Part shown: positions 28,301-37,756 of the stretch, one piece after another | How positions within the stretch are numbered: position 1 is the first letter of the stretch | How the letters are laid out: every line of letters begins with the position of its first letter | Virus record (IMG/VR): IMGVR_UViG_3300032225_002400 | Span: 1 to 64,000 of that record | Source: a virus | Lineage: Duplodnaviria > Caudoviricetes | DNA: 64,000 bases | Strand: one strand, 5' to 3' | Notes under the pieces: generated by a model | Told to the model about the DNA's origin: nothing | The model's input: the letters and a program-made list of their open reading frames with translations, nothing else | Database searches by the model: none | Program-made: the position numbers and the translations under genes

Positions 28301-28726
28301 ATGAAAACCATAAAAGTATTTAATCGAGGAAAAGAACTCAATACAAAACTTTATCAAGAGTTGAAGGAGTTGGATTACAAAGTATTTAATGGTTGCGATA
28401 ATGAATTTAAACCTAACCGCGATTGGTGGGTAATAGTTTCAGCTAATAAAATTGTAGCTTATTGTGGTTGTTCGTTTAATGAAAATATATGTATTTTTGT
28501 AAGAGCTTGGGTACAAAAAGAATATCGTGGTCAAGGATTGCAGAAAAAAATGATAAAATTAAGACTTAAATCAGCCTTTGATTGTAGAATAGCAATAACT
28601 TACACAACTGTAGATAATTATCCAAGTGTAAATAGTTTAATTTCTCAAGGGTTTAAACTTTTTTCTCCTGAATATGCTTATGCAGGTAGACAAATGCTTT
28701 ATTTTCAAAAAGAATTGAAAAATTAA
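28301..28726 (+). CDS. GNAT N-acetyltransferase
   Basis: 'VQKEYRGQGLQKKMI' motif A, 'NYPSVNSLISQGF'; ATG at 28301. Confidence 0.85.
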   Translation: MKTIKVFNRGKELNTKLYQELKELDYKVFNGCDNEFKPNRDWWVIVSANKIVAYCGCSFNENICIFVRAWVQKEYRGQGLQKKMIKLRLKSAFDCRIAITYTTVDNYPSVNSLISQGFKLFSPEYAYAGRQMLYFQKELKN

Positions 28727-28783
28727 TCAAAAAGTATTAATTTTAAATTATTATTGATAATTTTAAACTAAAATTCAGAATTT

Positions 28784-28894
28784 ATGAATAGTAAAGATTT
28801 AGTACCTGCATTAGTAGGGTTTGGAATTAGCTTAGTTGGTATTTACATCATTGTAAGAGTTGCTTCAGGAGCATGGGCTTCAGGACAAAAATAA
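28784..28894 (+). CDS. 36-aa membrane peptide (not in track)
   Basis: MNSKDLVPALVGFGISLVGIYIIVRVASGAWASGQK. Confidence 0.7.
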   Translation: MNSKDLVPALVGFGISLVGIYIIVRVASGAWASGQK

Positions 28895-28904
28895 AAATAA
28901 AATT

Positions 28905-29024
28905 ATGGCAAAAGCAACAAAAAAAATAGGTGTGGCAGATATTGCAAAGCTTGCAAAAAAAATTAGAAAACCTAATGAGAAATGGACCGATGCAATAAAA
29001 AGAGCAGCGGCACAATTAAAGTAA
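28905..29024 (+). CDS. 39-aa basic peptide, possible DNA-binding core protein (not in track)
   Basis: MAKATKKIGVADIAKLAKKIRKPNEKWTDAIKRAAAQLK. Confidence 0.7.
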   Translation: MAKATKKIGVADIAKLAKKIRKPNEKWTDAIKRAAAQLK

Positions 29025-29030
29025 TTTAAT

Positions 29031-30779
29031 ATGGCAAAGAAGAATGTAGTCATCTTTGATGGGGAAGATAAATTTATCAACCCCAAAAAAGTAGTTTATA
29101 GTAAATCAAAAGGACAAGCAAAAAAAGTAGAGTCTTTCAAATCAATGAGAGCTGCTAGTGAAGATGAGCAAAATCCTAGTGATGGAGGAGGTTCAGCAAC
29201 TCAAGAACCTGTAACTCAAGTGGGCGTTCAAAATACTGTAGCTCCACCTGTTGCACCTATTGAAGTACCTTCACAAAATACTATTTCAAATATTCCTTTG
29301 CCTAATGTTACAGAAGTTATTAATGGAAGTGGTTCATCTATTCCTGCTCCTCAATTACCTGAATTTCCTACATTTCCACAACCTGAAGCACAAGTAACTC
29401 CTAGTCCTGTTCCTGCTTTACCTGTTTACGCAACAAGTGATATAAAGGCTACGCCAATATCTAATATTCAAACTAGTACTGTTACAAAAGAAACAGTAAT
29501 GGCTCCTGTTCCTCAATTACCTTCGTTCTCTGCTTCTTCTCCTGTTTCAGGTTTAGGTTTAAGTTTTGGACAAAATGCGACAACAAAATCATGCCCTCCA
29601 GGTTTTAGAGATTATTTTGGAACATGTATTCCTATAACAAACACTCAAGGTGCTTGTCAACAAGGTTATATGAAAGAATACGAAGGTGGTCCTTGTGTCC
29701 CAATTCCTGCTTCAGGTTCTATTGGTGGATGCGCGGCAGGTTATGAATATAAATTAGGTTATAGAAGTGGTAGTTTAACTCCTGAAATGGGATGTTACCC
29801 TATTGGTTCTACTCAAGATATTAATACAGGAAGTAGCACTGGAAAAATTTTAGGTGGCGGTGCAGGAACAAATATCGGCGGCGGTGGAACTGTTCAAGGT
29901 GGTGGTGGTTCTTATGCAGATACTAGTGAAAAACAAGTTGGTATTGGTCAAGGTGGACAAAGTACTGGTCTTACTTGTAATGAAAATCAAATATACGACC
30001 CTAAAACAGGAAGCTGTATGCCAAAATATACACCAGCTCCTGTACCATGTCCTGCAGGTTTTACTGTAAATAAAGCTACAGGTACTTGTATAGAAAGTCT
30101 TAATCCTCAAGATTATAAATGCCCTCCTGTTGATTTACCGACTCCTCCTAAATGTAAAAAATATGCAGTAGTTGGTAAAGATACATTTGGTTGCGATAGA
30201 TTTGAATTAGTAGATGATGCAGCTAATTGTCCTGATGTAATTCAAGAAAAACCTATTGAATGTAAAGATGGTTTAATATATAGTGAAGCGTTAAAAAAAT
30301 GTGTTAATCCAATTGATGAAACTAAGAGACCTCCATTGACAACTCCTGAAGGAACTTGTCCTGTTGGTTATGATTGGAGTATTGCTGAACAAAAATGTAT
30401 TTCAAAATGTGAGGCAGGTAAAACTTATGACCCTGTCAACATGATGTGTGTAGAGCCTACTCCGTATACTCCAAAAACGCCTTATTGCTCTGCAAATCAA
30501 GTTTGGGATGAAGCACAACAAAAATGTGTATTCTCAGGAATAATTACAAAACCTCCTGTTACTTCACAAACTACTACTACAACTACTAAAGCTCCTGAAA
30601 AAGATAGTTTAGGTATACTTCCTGTTGGAGGTGGTACAACTGGTGGAGGTGGTGGAGGTGGTGGAGGAGAAGATACTTCTGCAACAATAGCGAAAAAGAA
30701 TTACTTTTGGTGGTATGTTGGAGGCGCTATTTTAGCAATTTATCTTTATAAAAACTATCATAAGAAGAAAAAAAAATAA
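29031..30779 (+). CDS. Pro/Gly-rich, Cys-repeat surface protein with C-terminal TM anchor
   Basis: Repeated two-Cys units with an aromatic residue (e.g. CPVGYDWSIAEQKC); TM plus HKKKKK. Confidence 0.75.
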   Translation: MAKKNVVIFDGEDKFINPKKVVYSKSKGQAKKVESFKSMRAASEDEQNPSDGGGSATQEPVTQVGVQNTVAPPVAPIEVPSQNTISNIPLPNVTEVINGSGSSIPAPQLPEFPTFPQPEAQVTPSPVPALPVYATSDIKATPISNIQTSTVTKETVMAPVPQLPSFSASSPVSGLGLSFGQNATTKSCPPGFRDYFGTCIPITNTQGACQQGYMKEYEGGPCVPIPASGSIGGCAAGYEYKLGYRSGSLTPEMGCYPIGSTQDINTGSSTGKILGGGAGTNIGGGGTVQGGGGSYADTSEKQVGIGQGGQSTGLTCNENQIYDPKTGSCMPKYTPAPVPCPAGFTVNKATGTCIESLNPQDYKCPPVDLPTPPKCKKYAVVGKDTFGCDRFELVDDAANCPDVIQEKPIECKDGLIYSEALKKCVNPIDETKRPPLTTPEGTCPVGYDWSIAEQKCISKCEAGKTYDPVNMMCVEPTPYTPKTPYCSANQVWDEAQQKCVFSGIITKPPVTSQTTTTTTKAPEKDSLGILPVGGGTTGGGGGGGGGEDTSATIAKKNYFWWYVGGAILAIYLYKNYHKKKKK

Positions 30780-30786
30780 TTAAATA

Positions 30787-31194
30787 ATGGAACAAAATAT
30801 AACTTCTCAACTAACACCAGCTCCTATGGCGCCTCCCCCAGCGCCTAGTGGTGTTGCTCCTATAGCTCCTCTTCCAGTTGCAGCTCCTCCTATGGCTTCT
30901 GCACCTATGGAAGACGGTGGTGCTGTTGTTAAAAAATCAGGTGGAATAAAAGAATGGTTTAATGATATTAATATAGTTGATGTAGCTGTAAGTGCTGTTA
31001 TAGTTGGTGCAATATTATACACAGTTCATTATTATAAATTTATGATGATGTTAGAAAAATCAGGTTACGCTGATTTGAATACTAAAGTAGCTAAATTACA
31101 AAGTGCCATAGATGCTCAAAAAGCTGAAATGAACGCTGCAGGTAATGGTAAGCTAGATAGACAACGCAGAAAACCTGTAATGAGATTAGCATAA
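30787..31194 (+). CDS. Pro-rich N-terminus, central TM, coiled-coil protein
   Basis: Contains one MEDGG motif; TM 'IVDVAVSAVIVGAILYTVHYY'. Confidence 0.7.
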   Translation: MEQNITSQLTPAPMAPPPAPSGVAPIAPLPVAAPPMASAPMEDGGAVVKKSGGIKEWFNDINIVDVAVSAVIVGAILYTVHYYKFMMMLEKSGYADLNTKVAKLQSAIDAQKAEMNAAGNGKLDRQRRKPVMRLA

Positions 31195-31206
31195 AATATA
31201 TCCTTT

Positions 31207-31692
31207 ATGAAACAAAATAATAAATATATAATTCTAGGTCTTTTAGCAATTGGTGGCTATTTATTGTATAGAAAATATATGAAAAATAGTTCAACACAAC
31301 CTGATTCTAATGTAAATTTTTTGGGTTTAAATATCCCTCCCATTCTAAATGATTGGAAAGATAATTTTGATAATAAAAGATTAGATGAAATAACCAATAA
31401 TTATACACCTGACGGTATTTTAGTGTCTACTTTTGGAGATATTCTAAAAGGTAGAAAAAATATTAAAGACTATTTCAAAGGTTTATTTGAAAAAGATAAA
31501 TTAAGTGTTGATTATTTAGGTACTCCTGATGTGAAAGACTTGAAAGATGTTAAAGTATATACAGGTTTATACCAATTTAATTATTTAGAAAATGGTAAAA
31601 TGAATCATGTTAAATCAAGATATTCATTCATTTCTAAAGAGATTGATGGTAAAACTTATATATTGAAACAACATTCTAGTGTTGCTAATTAA
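31207..31692 (+). CDS. N-terminal TM plus NTF2/SnoaL-like domain
   Basis: 'W...F....LDEI...Y.PDG.L......KGR..I..YF', 'RYSF', 'HSS'. Confidence 0.7.
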   Translation: MKQNNKYIILGLLAIGGYLLYRKYMKNSSTQPDSNVNFLGLNIPPILNDWKDNFDNKRLDEITNNYTPDGILVSTFGDILKGRKNIKDYFKGLFEKDKLSVDYLGTPDVKDLKDVKVYTGLYQFNYLENGKMNHVKSRYSFISKEIDGKTYILKQHSSVAN

Positions 31693-31714
31693 AAGTTAAA
31701 AAAAACCATAAAAT

Positions 31715-32362
31715 ATGTTAGATTCAATATCTTGGGGAAACCCTTTGCAAAAGCATTTGCCTTACATTGAAAAAGATAATCTTACTTTTCTTGAAAAGTA
31801 TTATCCTCAATTAATCAAGTATAGTTTCCCAAAAAACACTTCAAAAGCTACAAGAGAAGAATTAAATCAACTTGTAGATAATATTGAAGTAGCTAAAGCA
31901 AACCCAGAGCATTTAAAAAGATATAAAGCTTATGATAACTCTCTTGTTAAAATATTTGGAGATGTTATTATTGATAATAATTTAGGAGAAAAAGGAGCTG
32001 ATTTAGTAGATAAATTATTTGATGATACAGTCCCTTTAATATTAAAACTTAAATTTTTTTTTCAAAGACCAAGACCGTATCAATTAGCTTATGCTTATAA
32101 ATTAAAACTTTTCCCATTTTCATCTCCATCTGCAGATTCTCCGTCTTATCCTGCAGGACATACTTTGCAGTCTGCATTGATTTGCTATGTGTTAGGTAAT
32201 CATTTTCCTGAAAAATTTGATTATTTCCAAAATTTAGCTAAAGATATAGAGTATAGTAGATTGTTTTTAGGTTTACATTACCAATCAGACAATGATTTTG
32301 CTCTTTACATATTTGATTTAATCATTAGAGATAAGGAATTTAAGGCTAAATATGGTTTATAA
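31715..32362 (+). CDS. PAP2 / vanadium-haloperoxidase-superfamily phosphatase
   Basis: 'KFFFQRPRP', 'PSYPAGH', 'SRLFLGLHYQSD'. Confidence 0.85.
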   Translation: MLDSISWGNPLQKHLPYIEKDNLTFLEKYYPQLIKYSFPKNTSKATREELNQLVDNIEVAKANPEHLKRYKAYDNSLVKIFGDVIIDNNLGEKGADLVDKLFDDTVPLILKLKFFFQRPRPYQLAYAYKLKLFPFSSPSADSPSYPAGHTLQSALICYVLGNHFPEKFDYFQNLAKDIEYSRLFLGLHYQSDNDFALYIFDLIIRDKEFKAKYGL

Positions 32363-32769
32363 TGGAATTATCAGCTTCAGGCGCTTCAGTTCAACGACAG
32401 ACATATAAAGGTTGGGTAACAATATCTGAGAAGAGATATTATTTAAAAAGTAAATGGGAATATAGATACGCTATGTATTTAGATTTAATGAAAAGGAATA
32501 ATCATATTATAGATTGGGAGTATGAACCTAAAACTTTTTATTTTGAAGGTATTAAAAGAGGAACTACAAACTATAAACCTGATTTTAAAGTCATATTTCC
32601 ATCGCAAAATGAAGAGTGGTATGAAGTTAAAGGCTTTATGGATTCTAAATCTGCTACTAAAATAAAAAGAATGGCAAAATATTTTCCAAACATAAAACTT
32701 AATGTAATAGATAAAACTTGGTTTAATAATAATTCAAAAGTATTAAAAAAGATTATTAAAAATTGGTAA
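32362..32769 (+). CDS. PD-(D/E)XK endonuclease (T7 endonuclease I / DUF1064-like)
   Basis: 'SKWE', 'WEYEP', 'YKPDF', 'EVKG'. Confidence 0.8.
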   Translation: MELSASGASVQRQTYKGWVTISEKRYYLKSKWEYRYAMYLDLMKRNNHIIDWEYEPKTFYFEGIKRGTTNYKPDFKVIFPSQNEEWYEVKGFMDSKSATKIKRMAKYFPNIKLNVIDKTWFNNNSKVLKKIIKNW

Positions 32770-32813
32770 TAAATTGTAATTTTAAATATATTTACTATGT
32801 TTAAAATATAATA

Positions 32814-33230
32814 ATGAGACAAAATGAAAATGTTGATTTACTTCAAAAAGTTTTAGATAGTGTATCTAGAAGAGGTTATAAAAAAACTTTAGATTTATTA
32901 TCTTTTAAAATAGAAGATAATGTTGTATTAAGAAAAACTAAAGATAAGTTAATAATAGCAGAAGTAATAAAAGCATTCAATATTAGTAAAGATGATTTAT
33001 TTTTAAGCAGATATGAAAGAGGAGAATTAAAATATGCTATTGGATTTTGTGTATATTATTTATATAAGTATAAAACTTTAGGTGAAATTTATAAAACTAT
33101 ATTTAAAAATAAAAATAAAGCTCAATTATCAAAATATAGACAATTAATAGTAGAACTTAACCCAAAAATTGAACAAGATAAAAAATATATTACGTTATTA
33201 GAAAGTTTAAACGAAATAATAGAAAAATAA
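32814..33230 (+). CDS. DnaA C-terminal-like helix-turn-helix protein
   Basis: 'IIAEVIKAFNISKDDL...R...AI..C.YYL....TL.EI...F' resembles DnaA domain IV. Confidence 0.5.
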   Translation: MRQNENVDLLQKVLDSVSRRGYKKTLDLLSFKIEDNVVLRKTKDKLIIAEVIKAFNISKDDLFLSRYERGELKYAIGFCVYYLYKYKTLGEIYKTIFKNKNKAQLSKYRQLIVELNPKIEQDKKYITLLESLNEIIEK

Positions 33231-33241
33231 AAATAAAATAA

Positions 33242-34399
33242 ATGAGTACAGAACAAAAAATAACCAATGAAGAAGTAAAACCTACTCCAACTAGTGCTAA
33301 TTACAATCCTTTCATGCAACAAGTTAGTGAGAAGCCATATTCTACTATGAATGTTGGAGTAACACAAGACCAATTAAAAGGAGCAATTCCAGAACCAGTA
33401 TTTACTCCATTTACAATTGATTCTAACGAGAATCCATATAATATGTTAGGTGGAGAAGGACAACCAAGTAGTAATTTAGGTTCAAAAAATAATTCAGCAT
33501 CTTTTAATCCAATGATGAATGATATTAATGATGGAGATAAAAAGCTAGGTGCACAACACATGGCTAAATTATTGGTAGATGGTTATGAACAATTACATGT
33601 TTTTGGTAATAAAGCTTTACAAGTACCAGAAAGAAAGATTAGAAAAATGGAACAAGAAGGTCTTATTGACTTATCAATTCCAATTCCGTATGAATATGGT
33701 AAAACAATTACTGCTGGAGAGTTTTTACAAGATTTTAATGAGCAAAATAAAGATGCTTTAACAGTATCAAAAGAATTTAAAAAAGAAGTTACTCCTGTAT
33801 TAACTAGAGTGTTAGAAAAAAGAGGAGCAGGTTTAACCGATGAACAATATTTAGGTTTTTTAGTTGGTAAAGATTTAATTGTAAAATTAGTAATAGTAGC
33901 ACAATTACGTTCTACTATGAATGATATGATTAATGTAATTAAAGACTATACAGAAGCCACAAAAGCTGGAAATGGTGTAACTCCACAACCACAACAAAAA
34001 ACAACTACACAACAACCAGTAACTCCAACACCTACAACATCTGAATATCAATATCAAGAACCTAATCATTCAGCTTCTGATTTTAATTTCCAAGATAATG
34101 AAGTTGTAATGAATAGCACTGTTCAACAAATGCAAGTACCTAGCACAGGTAAAGCAAGAGTTATTGCACAAATTCAAAAAGAAAAGAAATGGAAAAATGA
34201 TTCTGATAAATCAGTTGAAAATTCATCTTACGAACAAGCAATGAAAGAAAGAAAAAATGGAAATAAAAGAGGAAGAAAACCAAAAGATTATATTCAAAAT
34301 GTAAAAATAGATGAACAAGAAATTGCAGAATCAATTATATTAAATGAATCTATTAATCAACCTAAAAAGGAAAAAGACCCTTATTCAGATTTAGATTAA
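33242..34399 (+). CDS. Hypothetical protein
   Basis: 385-aa ORF upstream of the ATPase. Confidence 0.75.
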   Translation: MSTEQKITNEEVKPTPTSANYNPFMQQVSEKPYSTMNVGVTQDQLKGAIPEPVFTPFTIDSNENPYNMLGGEGQPSSNLGSKNNSASFNPMMNDINDGDKKLGAQHMAKLLVDGYEQLHVFGNKALQVPERKIRKMEQEGLIDLSIPIPYEYGKTITAGEFLQDFNEQNKDALTVSKEFKKEVTPVLTRVLEKRGAGLTDEQYLGFLVGKDLIVKLVIVAQLRSTMNDMINVIKDYTEATKAGNGVTPQPQQKTTTQQPVTPTPTTSEYQYQEPNHSASDFNFQDNEVVMNSTVQQMQVPSTGKARVIAQIQKEKKWKNDSDKSVENSSYEQAMKERKNGNKRGRKPKDYIQNVKIDEQEIAESIILNESINQPKKEKDPYSDLD

Positions 34400-34400
34400 T

Positions 34401-34688
34401 ATGAAAGTTAAAAACTTACATTGGATAGAGTTTAAAAAAACAATCATATCTTGTATTAAAATATTTGAAAAAGAATCACTTAAGTTTGAATTTCCAATTT
34501 ATGATGAAGAAGATTTTACAATTCTTGTAGAAGATTGTGAGGTATTTCCTATATTTACAAAAAAAGAAGATTTTTTAAAAGTAGAATATGATTTTACATT
34601 TTGTGAAACTTTAATTAGAACATTAAGCTTTTCAAAATATAAAGATGCAATAAGAATAGAAGTAACTTTGAAAGATAAAAGCGTTTAG
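34401..34688 (+). CDS. Hypothetical protein
   Basis: 95-aa ORF. Confidence 0.55.
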   Translation: MKVKNLHWIEFKKTIISCIKIFEKESLKFEFPIYDEEDFTILVEDCEVFPIFTKKEDFLKVEYDFTFCETLIRTLSFSKYKDAIRIEVTLKDKSV

Positions 34689-34689
34689 T

Positions 34690-35511
34690 ATGTCAAGAGA
34701 ACCTATGTTGATGGCAGCGTGTGGAAAAAAAGGAGTTGGAAAATCGTATCAACACATGATTTTAATGAACCAATATGTTCAAGGAGATTATTATAATGGT
34801 GTCAGAGGTAGAAAGTGTTTGATTATGGATGTCAATGATGAATATGGTGTAGGTACTTATTATGTACAAGCTTTATCATTGAAAGATGTTCCATTATTTA
34901 CAGTGCATCCACATATAGAAATAAGAAGAATTAGACCTTTTCATCCAAATGGAACTAGAATGACGTTAGATGAATGGGCTCAAGCTTTATTTTATGTGTT
35001 AAGTAGATTTAGAAATGGTTTATTATTAATAGAAGATGTCAATAAATTTATTGGCGACCATTTACCAAATGATTTAGTAGGCTCAATTGCAACTAATAGA
35101 CATATAGGTTTAGATATTATTCTATCATATCAATCTTTAGGTAGAATTAATACAAAAATATGGGGTAATTTAAACCAATTAAGGTTTCATAAAAATAATG
35201 AAAGTGTAGAAAGACATTCTTTAAAATTTCCTGATAAAGCAGAATTTATGAGAATTGCAGAAATTATGGTTAATAATGAATACGCTAGAGGTAATAATAG
35301 ATACTTTGTTTATGTAGATATGGATGAATCTAAAATTAGAGGTAATATTAGTGATGAATTAAGAGATGAAGCTTTAAATGAATATATTAATGAAAACTAC
35401 AATAATATATTAAAACCTTATTTAGTTCAAAGAAATGGAAGCAAAAAAAAGCATACTGTAGAAACTGCTATAAAAGAAGTAAAAACTAAATTAATTTCAG
35501 CTTACTTTTAG
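34690..35511 (+). CDS. FtsK/HerA-superfamily ATPase, putative A32/P9-type genome-packaging ATPase
   Basis: N-terminal Walker A 'GKKGVGKS', Walker B-like 'LLLIED', 'RH' then 'IILSYQ' (A32/HerA signature); 273 aa, no nuclease domain. Confidence 0.75.
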   Translation: MSREPMLMAACGKKGVGKSYQHMILMNQYVQGDYYNGVRGRKCLIMDVNDEYGVGTYYVQALSLKDVPLFTVHPHIEIRRIRPFHPNGTRMTLDEWAQALFYVLSRFRNGLLLIEDVNKFIGDHLPNDLVGSIATNRHIGLDIILSYQSLGRINTKIWGNLNQLRFHKNNESVERHSLKFPDKAEFMRIAEIMVNNEYARGNNRYFVYVDMDESKIRGNISDELRDEALNEYINENYNNILKPYLVQRNGSKKKHTVETAIKEVKTKLISAYF

Positions 35512-35539
35512 TGTATTTTATTTATTATAATTAATTGAA

Positions 35540-35597
35540 TTGCAATATATTATATTTGCAATGTTAAATCTTTTCAGTATTTTTAAATATATATTTG
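35540..35597 (+). promoter_or_regulatory. Two TAnnTTTG -7 boxes, the first inside an imperfect palindrome
   Basis: TATATTTG at 35551-35558 and 35590-35597; ttgcaatatattatatttgcaa at 35540-35561. Confidence 0.5.
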
Positions 35598-35720
35598 TTA
35601 TTTAACTAAAAATAGTAATTTATTTTAATTAATAAATTTTGATTACTTAATTTTAAACTGTCAATGCTGAATCTGTATTCACAATGGCAATTATTCATAA
35701 AACAATTAAATAGTATTAAA

Positions 35721-35828
35721 ATGAATTTCAAAGCAATCGCAGGACAATTACTAATTGTTGCAGGTGGTGTTGCTCTTTACATGTTGGCTATAAAGCCTAT
35801 GTTAGACAAAGCCAATGTAACTAAGTAA
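35721..35828 (+). CDS. 35-aa membrane peptide between ATPase and capsid candidate (not in track)
   Basis: MNFKAIAGQLLIVAGGVALYMLAIKPMLDKANVTK. Confidence 0.75.
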   Translation: MNFKAIAGQLLIVAGGVALYMLAIKPMLDKANVTK

Positions 35829-35885
35829 TTATAGAAGTAAACGAATTGAAAATTAAATTAATTCAAAAATCAAAATTCATTAAAA

Positions 35886-36587
35886 ATGAGTAGTATTCAA
35901 CGCTATTTACAAATGGCAAACCGTCAAGTAAACGAATCGTTTATTGGCGTAGATGGTTTCGTAGACGATGACATGTATTTTGCAGCTGGAGATAATTTCT
36001 TCGGTGCAGACGGAACAGAAGCAGCTCCTGCTGCTGCAGCTCCTGCAGTTATGCGTTCTCAACCTTACATCTTAACAGTATCTAATGCTTCTAACGCGGC
36101 AGTTACTATTGATGTATTTGGAGCTTATATCTATTTGAACAACGCAGGTTTTTCAGGTGGAAGCTTAACAGTAAGCAACGTAACAATCACTTCAGGATTG
36201 TCTAACGTAACTTATTACAACTTATTGAACCAATCATCTGTATCTCCATTCACAATTGGAAGTACTTTGATTTCTTCAGTAAATGGTACAACTAGCCAAG
36301 TGTTACAACCTTTAACACTTAGTACTTTAGATGCAAATGGTAACCAAGCAACTAAAATCTTAACTCCAGTTATTGACCCGTATCAACAACAAAGTGGTGT
36401 TATTGAATTGAAACAACCATTCAGAATTGATGGTTTTACTAAGTTAACTTTCAGCATTTATGCTTCAAGTTCAGTTCAATTCCAATTCTACCCTTCTGAT
36501 ACTATCAACATCGCAAGAGGTTTAGGTGGTAACGCTGTATCTAAACAATATGGTAGTCCAAAGATTATCAGACCAGCTTCTCGTTAA
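35886..36587 (+). CDS. Putative major capsid protein (beta-rich, jelly-roll candidate)
   Basis: 233 aa, alternating S/T/V/I/F strands; many C-ending codons (ttc, aac, tac, atc) suggest high expression; own promoter and terminator; next to the ATPase. Fold not verified. Confidence 0.55.
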   Translation: MSSIQRYLQMANRQVNESFIGVDGFVDDDMYFAAGDNFFGADGTEAAPAAAAPAVMRSQPYILTVSNASNAAVTIDVFGAYIYLNNAGFSGGSLTVSNVTITSGLSNVTYYNLLNQSSVSPFTIGSTLISSVNGTTSQVLQPLTLSTLDANGNQATKILTPVIDPYQQQSGVIELKQPFRIDGFTKLTFSIYASSSVQFQFYPSDTINIARGLGGNAVSKQYGSPKIIRPASR

Positions 36588-36616
36588 TTCAAGAAGATTT
36601 GGGAAAATATAAAAAG

Positions 36617-36657
36617 AGGGTGTGAGTGTGATTTTATCTTACTCCGCCCTTTTTTTC
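36617..36657 (+). terminator. Rho-independent terminator after the capsid candidate
   Basis: AGGGTGTGAGT pairs with ACTCCGCCCT, followed by a T-run. Confidence 0.75.
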
Positions 36658-36674
36658 ATTAAAATTTACAAATT

Positions 36675-37094
36675 ATGTCATTACCTAGAGTAAATATATT
36701 TAATTACACGGCAGCAGCAAATCCTTATTTTGTTAAAAGTTTAGCTCATAAATATGGTTATGAGTTTGATAAAGACCAAAAATTAGATACTGTATTGCAA
36801 CAATTAGTAACTTATGAAGGTGAACCTATAATGATGGAAATAATTGAGAATAATCCTGATAAAGATTTATTTATGGATTATTTTGAGAAAAAATATGGCA
36901 AAAAAGAAGAAAAGAATAATTCAAATGAATTAGGTGGCGCAAGATTACTTGATACTTATATGAATTTCACAGGACAATTACAAGCTGCACAACAAACTGC
37001 TGAAAATAAAATGATAACAAAAGAAACAAGTGTTATGGTTTTACTTGGTGCAGTACTTATTTCATTCGCAATAATGTTTAAAAATAACAAATAA
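36675..37094 (+). CDS. C-terminal-TM protein
   Basis: 'YMNFTG' motif; TM plus KNNK. Confidence 0.75.
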   Translation: MSLPRVNIFNYTAAANPYFVKSLAHKYGYEFDKDQKLDTVLQQLVTYEGEPIMMEIIENNPDKDLFMDYFEKKYGKKEEKNNSNELGGARLLDTYMNFTGQLQAAQQTAENKMITKETSVMVLLGAVLISFAIMFKNNK

Positions 37095-37095
37095 T

Positions 37096-37755
37096 ATGGC
37101 ACTTTCAGCAATAGAAACTGTAAAAGAATTAATTTCATACTCAGTTGTAACAGATAAAAATGGTTTAGTTAAGTTATTAGAAAGAAATGGTATTCAATTA
37201 CCAAATAATCCTTCTGATAATGAAGTAACTGTTGCTGTTTTAATGGCAAATAACAGAAGTGGTGTTTTCAGAAATGAATTAAAAAAATATTTAGGAGCAT
37301 TAGTTCCAGAAGTATCTAATTACACAGTACAATTAAGTGGAGGTATGAATTTCACTGGTACAGATGATTTTTCTTTTACTGCAGGAGATGAATTTTATAA
37401 TTTAACTGCAGGTCAAGCAAAAAGAGTTACTGATACTAATCCTTCCGGGAAATCAAAAGTGGGAATAGCATTAGCTAGTATAGGTACATTTTTTAAAGAT
37501 AATGTACTTACAAAAGACAATATTAATTCAGGTATACAAATTGGATTAACTAGTTTAGCTAATAAGACTAATGCACAACAAAATGCTGTTACTGCTCAGT
37601 CTTTACAACTACAAAATTATCAAGATACTTTAAGACAACAACTTCCTAACGCTTCAAAAAAATCTAATACTATGTTATATGTATGGATTAGTGTTGGTGT
37701 TTTAGCTGTTGGTGTTTTAGGTTTTGTTTTATATAAATCATATAAAAAGAAATAA
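37096..37755 (+). CDS. C-terminal-TM protein
   Basis: 'GGMNFTG'; TM plus YKSYKKK. Confidence 0.75.
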   Translation: MALSAIETVKELISYSVVTDKNGLVKLLERNGIQLPNNPSDNEVTVAVLMANNRSGVFRNELKKYLGALVPEVSNYTVQLSGGMNFTGTDDFSFTAGDEFYNLTAGQAKRVTDTNPSGKSKVGIALASIGTFFKDNVLTKDNINSGIQIGLTSLANKTNAQQNAVTAQSLQLQNYQDTLRQQLPNASKKSNTMLYVWISVGVLAVGVLGFVLYKSYKKK

Positions 37756-37756
37756 T

